Positions 61,695-64,000 of a DNA stretch of 64,000 nt are shown here, in pieces. How positions within the stretch are numbered: the first letter of the stretch is position 1; each line of letters opens with the position of its first letter. The notes below the pieces were generated by a model. That model saw only the letters and a program-made list of their open reading frames with translations, searched no databases and was not told the origin of the DNA. The position numbers and the translations under genes are program-made. The stretch is from Lingula anatina (taxonomy: Eukaryota > Animalia > Brachiopoda). The stretch covers positions 3,294,954 through 3,358,953 of the forward strand of contig CM120644.1 of assembly GCA_051362555.1 (NCBI GenBank), written 5' to 3'.

Positions 61695-64000
61695 ATGATG
61701 GGATCTCTGACTTTGCTTTTGATATTCATCATACTGCAGCCGGCGAGCATCTACAGCCGACGTCCACGGCCGCCTAAACCGGAATTATATCATGAAAGAT
61801 GGCGTCCCCAGTATCATTTCACCACTCCCGAACACTTCATGAACGACCCATGTGGACTGATGGCGTACGATGGGATTTATCACTTGTTCTATGGATATGA
61901 CCCGGTTGGTATGTGACTTTTAAGTATTTTTAAGGTACCTTTGAAATTGATGAATTTCCATGTTATCAAATTTCAATTTTAATTTAAAAAAGCAAGAACA
62001 TCTGCAGAGGCATATGTCTGTATTGACCATACATGTATATGACAGTTATCCCCCCTCCCTCCCCCCCCCAAAAAAAAAACAACGTTTTCATAATTTCTTG
62101 GATTAACCCGCTCTCGAGATATTTAAACGACAAAAGTGGACGTAACATAGACAATCGAGATATTAAGGGACAATAACTATTCGTATGAGAACTATATTTC
62201 ACAATAAAAACATTGTGAACAACTCATAGAAATATAATATTAAGAGATTATAACAAAAAAAAAAAACTTTTAAGAAAAAAACCAGGGACTAACTTTGAAT
62301 GTAAAAATGGATTCATTAACCATTGGGAAGTATGGGGAAATTGTTGTTTACTCCAGGAAAAATCTTTTTCTGACCAAAACGAAGAGTTATTCCTTTAAGG
62401 GGAATAAATATTTTTAGTAGTGAAGTTTGTCCATATAAAATCGCCAAGAAACCCGTCGATGTACAGGCGATCGGGGGAGGGGGGGGGGAGGGGAGAGAAG
62501 GGACACAGCCCTCTCCCCTCAGCTTGCTTAATGCATCCATCTTACCCAACTTCGTCCAACAAAAACTATATAAGAAGCAAAATGAGACAAAGCCAAATAT
62601 TTTTCCCTTTAATCCTAGTAGTATACTGGTAGTCCTTGTTTAGTACTTAACGACCAAAGCTAAACAAAATTTAAGACATGTGGCCTCTCCCTCCTGTCAC
62701 TGCGTGGGATGTGCAGTGTTTAATTAATAGCGTATGTCCTGCCAAATAGTCGCCTGTTTTTGCTTTAAAATTGTACCTTAAGTGGCCTCCTATACAGATA
62801 GAGCTTAGAGAGTGACAGAAATCACCCGTCCTTTTAACAACTAAGGGCTCATTCTCATTAATACTATCGGTCTACGTTAATGGATGTAACTCAGGACTGT
62901 AAATGCCGTCAGTTTAGTAGATGAACACGCCTCCTCATGAGTAGAGTACAGAAAAGCTGGTAAATATGTTTGAAATCCGGAAACAAAAGAAAGCGTGTTA
63001 ATCTGTTTAACTGATTATATTCAGCAAGAATCCACGTGGAGTTGGATCAGTCTACGTAGACAGTAGTTTTAATGGGAATGAGTTCCAAAATGATCTTCAA
63101 AACCGTGAAGAGCGTCATGTTTACCGATACGCCATTTCTCTAAAAGTGATCATTAAAATAAAGGCTGTACATGGCCAGTCCATCTTTGCTGAAAAAAATG
63201 GGTGCCCTTGAGATGTTAATTATTTGTGATATTTTCAGGTAAGGGACCTACATTGTACAGTAGCTGGGGGCATGCAGTGAGCACGGATATGCTTCATTGG
63301 GAGATTTGGCCACTCGCCATACCCGAACAGGCTGGAATCATGGCTTTTAGCGGCAGTGCGGTGATGGATTTTCAAAACACCACTGGGTTTTCCACCGACA
63401 GAGCCACGGCCATGGTTATCATTTTCACTGGGAATATTGCGTAAGTGGTGAACGTCCTTTCTTCCGCTGTCGTTGTGAGCGGAAATCGATCGTACGACAA
63501 TAGTTTTAAAAACGATGTTATCAATTCTAACACGTTGTTTTATTTATTATTTCATTTTATTTGTATTGTTTGTTGATTTGTTCACCTGCTTCTCATTTCG
63601 AACAATTGTAACTCTAAAGTTGAAGTTTAAAGTGCTCCTTAACGAACTGATCAATCAATCAGTTTATTTACATATTTAATCATTTTGTCCAATATAGTCA
63701 AATGAAGGTCTTTCCTCTAACGTCTCCATTTCCTATTTATGTAGAAGCTTCATAGACTCGGATCAACGACTTGCCTATAGTTTGGACGGGGGGATAACAT
63801 GGACGTTGTATGACAAGAACCCAGTTCTGAGGACTGGAAAAAACCACTTCCGAGACCCGAAAGTAATATGGCATGAACCGTCAAACAGCTGGCTAATGGT
63901 AGTTGCACAAGCGGTGGGGCAACGAGCAGTACAGTTTTATTCTTCCCCGGATCTCAAGAATTGGACATACTTGAGTGAGAAAGGCCCAGAAGGACTGATA
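61695..64000 (+). CDS. Glycoside hydrolase family 32 beta-fructofuranosidase (levanase/inulinase/invertase-like), 5' partial gene, truncated by the window end
   Basis: Exons 61695-61908 (hydrophobic N-terminus; RPQYHFTTPEHFMNDPCG; YHLFYGY), 63239-63440 (WGHAVSTDMLHW; FSGSAV) and 63745 to beyond 64000 (QRLAYSLDGGITW; NPVL; HFRDPKVIW; YSSPDLKNW). The nucleophile NDP and stabiliser RDP motifs are intact, and phases are consistent. Confidence 0.95.
62167..62394 (+). mobile_element. Family C copy 4 (internally deleted), in GH32 intron 1
   Basis: Same termini with TTAA flanks; the central part is missing. Confidence 0.85.

Noticed and set aside
61584-64000. Bacterial or fungal contamination as the source of GH32
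   Set aside because: The gene has long spliceosomal introns containing host repeat families that also occur in the ACLY and PIP4K2 regions.

Overview
AT-rich, intron- and microsatellite-rich animal genomic DNA, most consistent with an invertebrate such as a lophotrochozoan; the species cannot be determined from the sequence. I assembled the spliced gene models by hand from GT-AG boundaries and phase continuity. (1) ATP-citrate lyase (ACLY), minus strand, 18 coding exons visible, running off the left edge. (2) A SUMO1-like gene, plus strand, head-to-head with ACLY across a short promoter containing SRE, CCAAT and ETS motifs. (3) PIP4K2 (type II PIP kinase), plus strand, 8 exons. (4) An intronless NAT16/histidine N-acetyltransferase-like GNAT, minus strand. 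(5) Two orphan terminal exons at 46.4-47.9 kb. (6) A roughly 4.4-kb tandem duplication carrying an unrecognised 3-coding-exon, 244-aa single-pass membrane-protein gene (copy A intact, copy B damaged). (7) A decayed LINE relic. (8) The 5' part of an intron-containing, apparently secreted GH32 beta-fructofuranosidase/levanase-like gene, an enzyme family that animals usually hold only by horizontal transfer. Non-coding DNA is dense in nested non-autonomous DNA transposons (TA-, TTAA-, TWA/CWG- and hAT-type MITEs, a Helentron-type element). A 193-bp TSD-flanked insert carries a degenerate hammerhead-ribozyme core. Most short ORFs in the supplied track are spurious.
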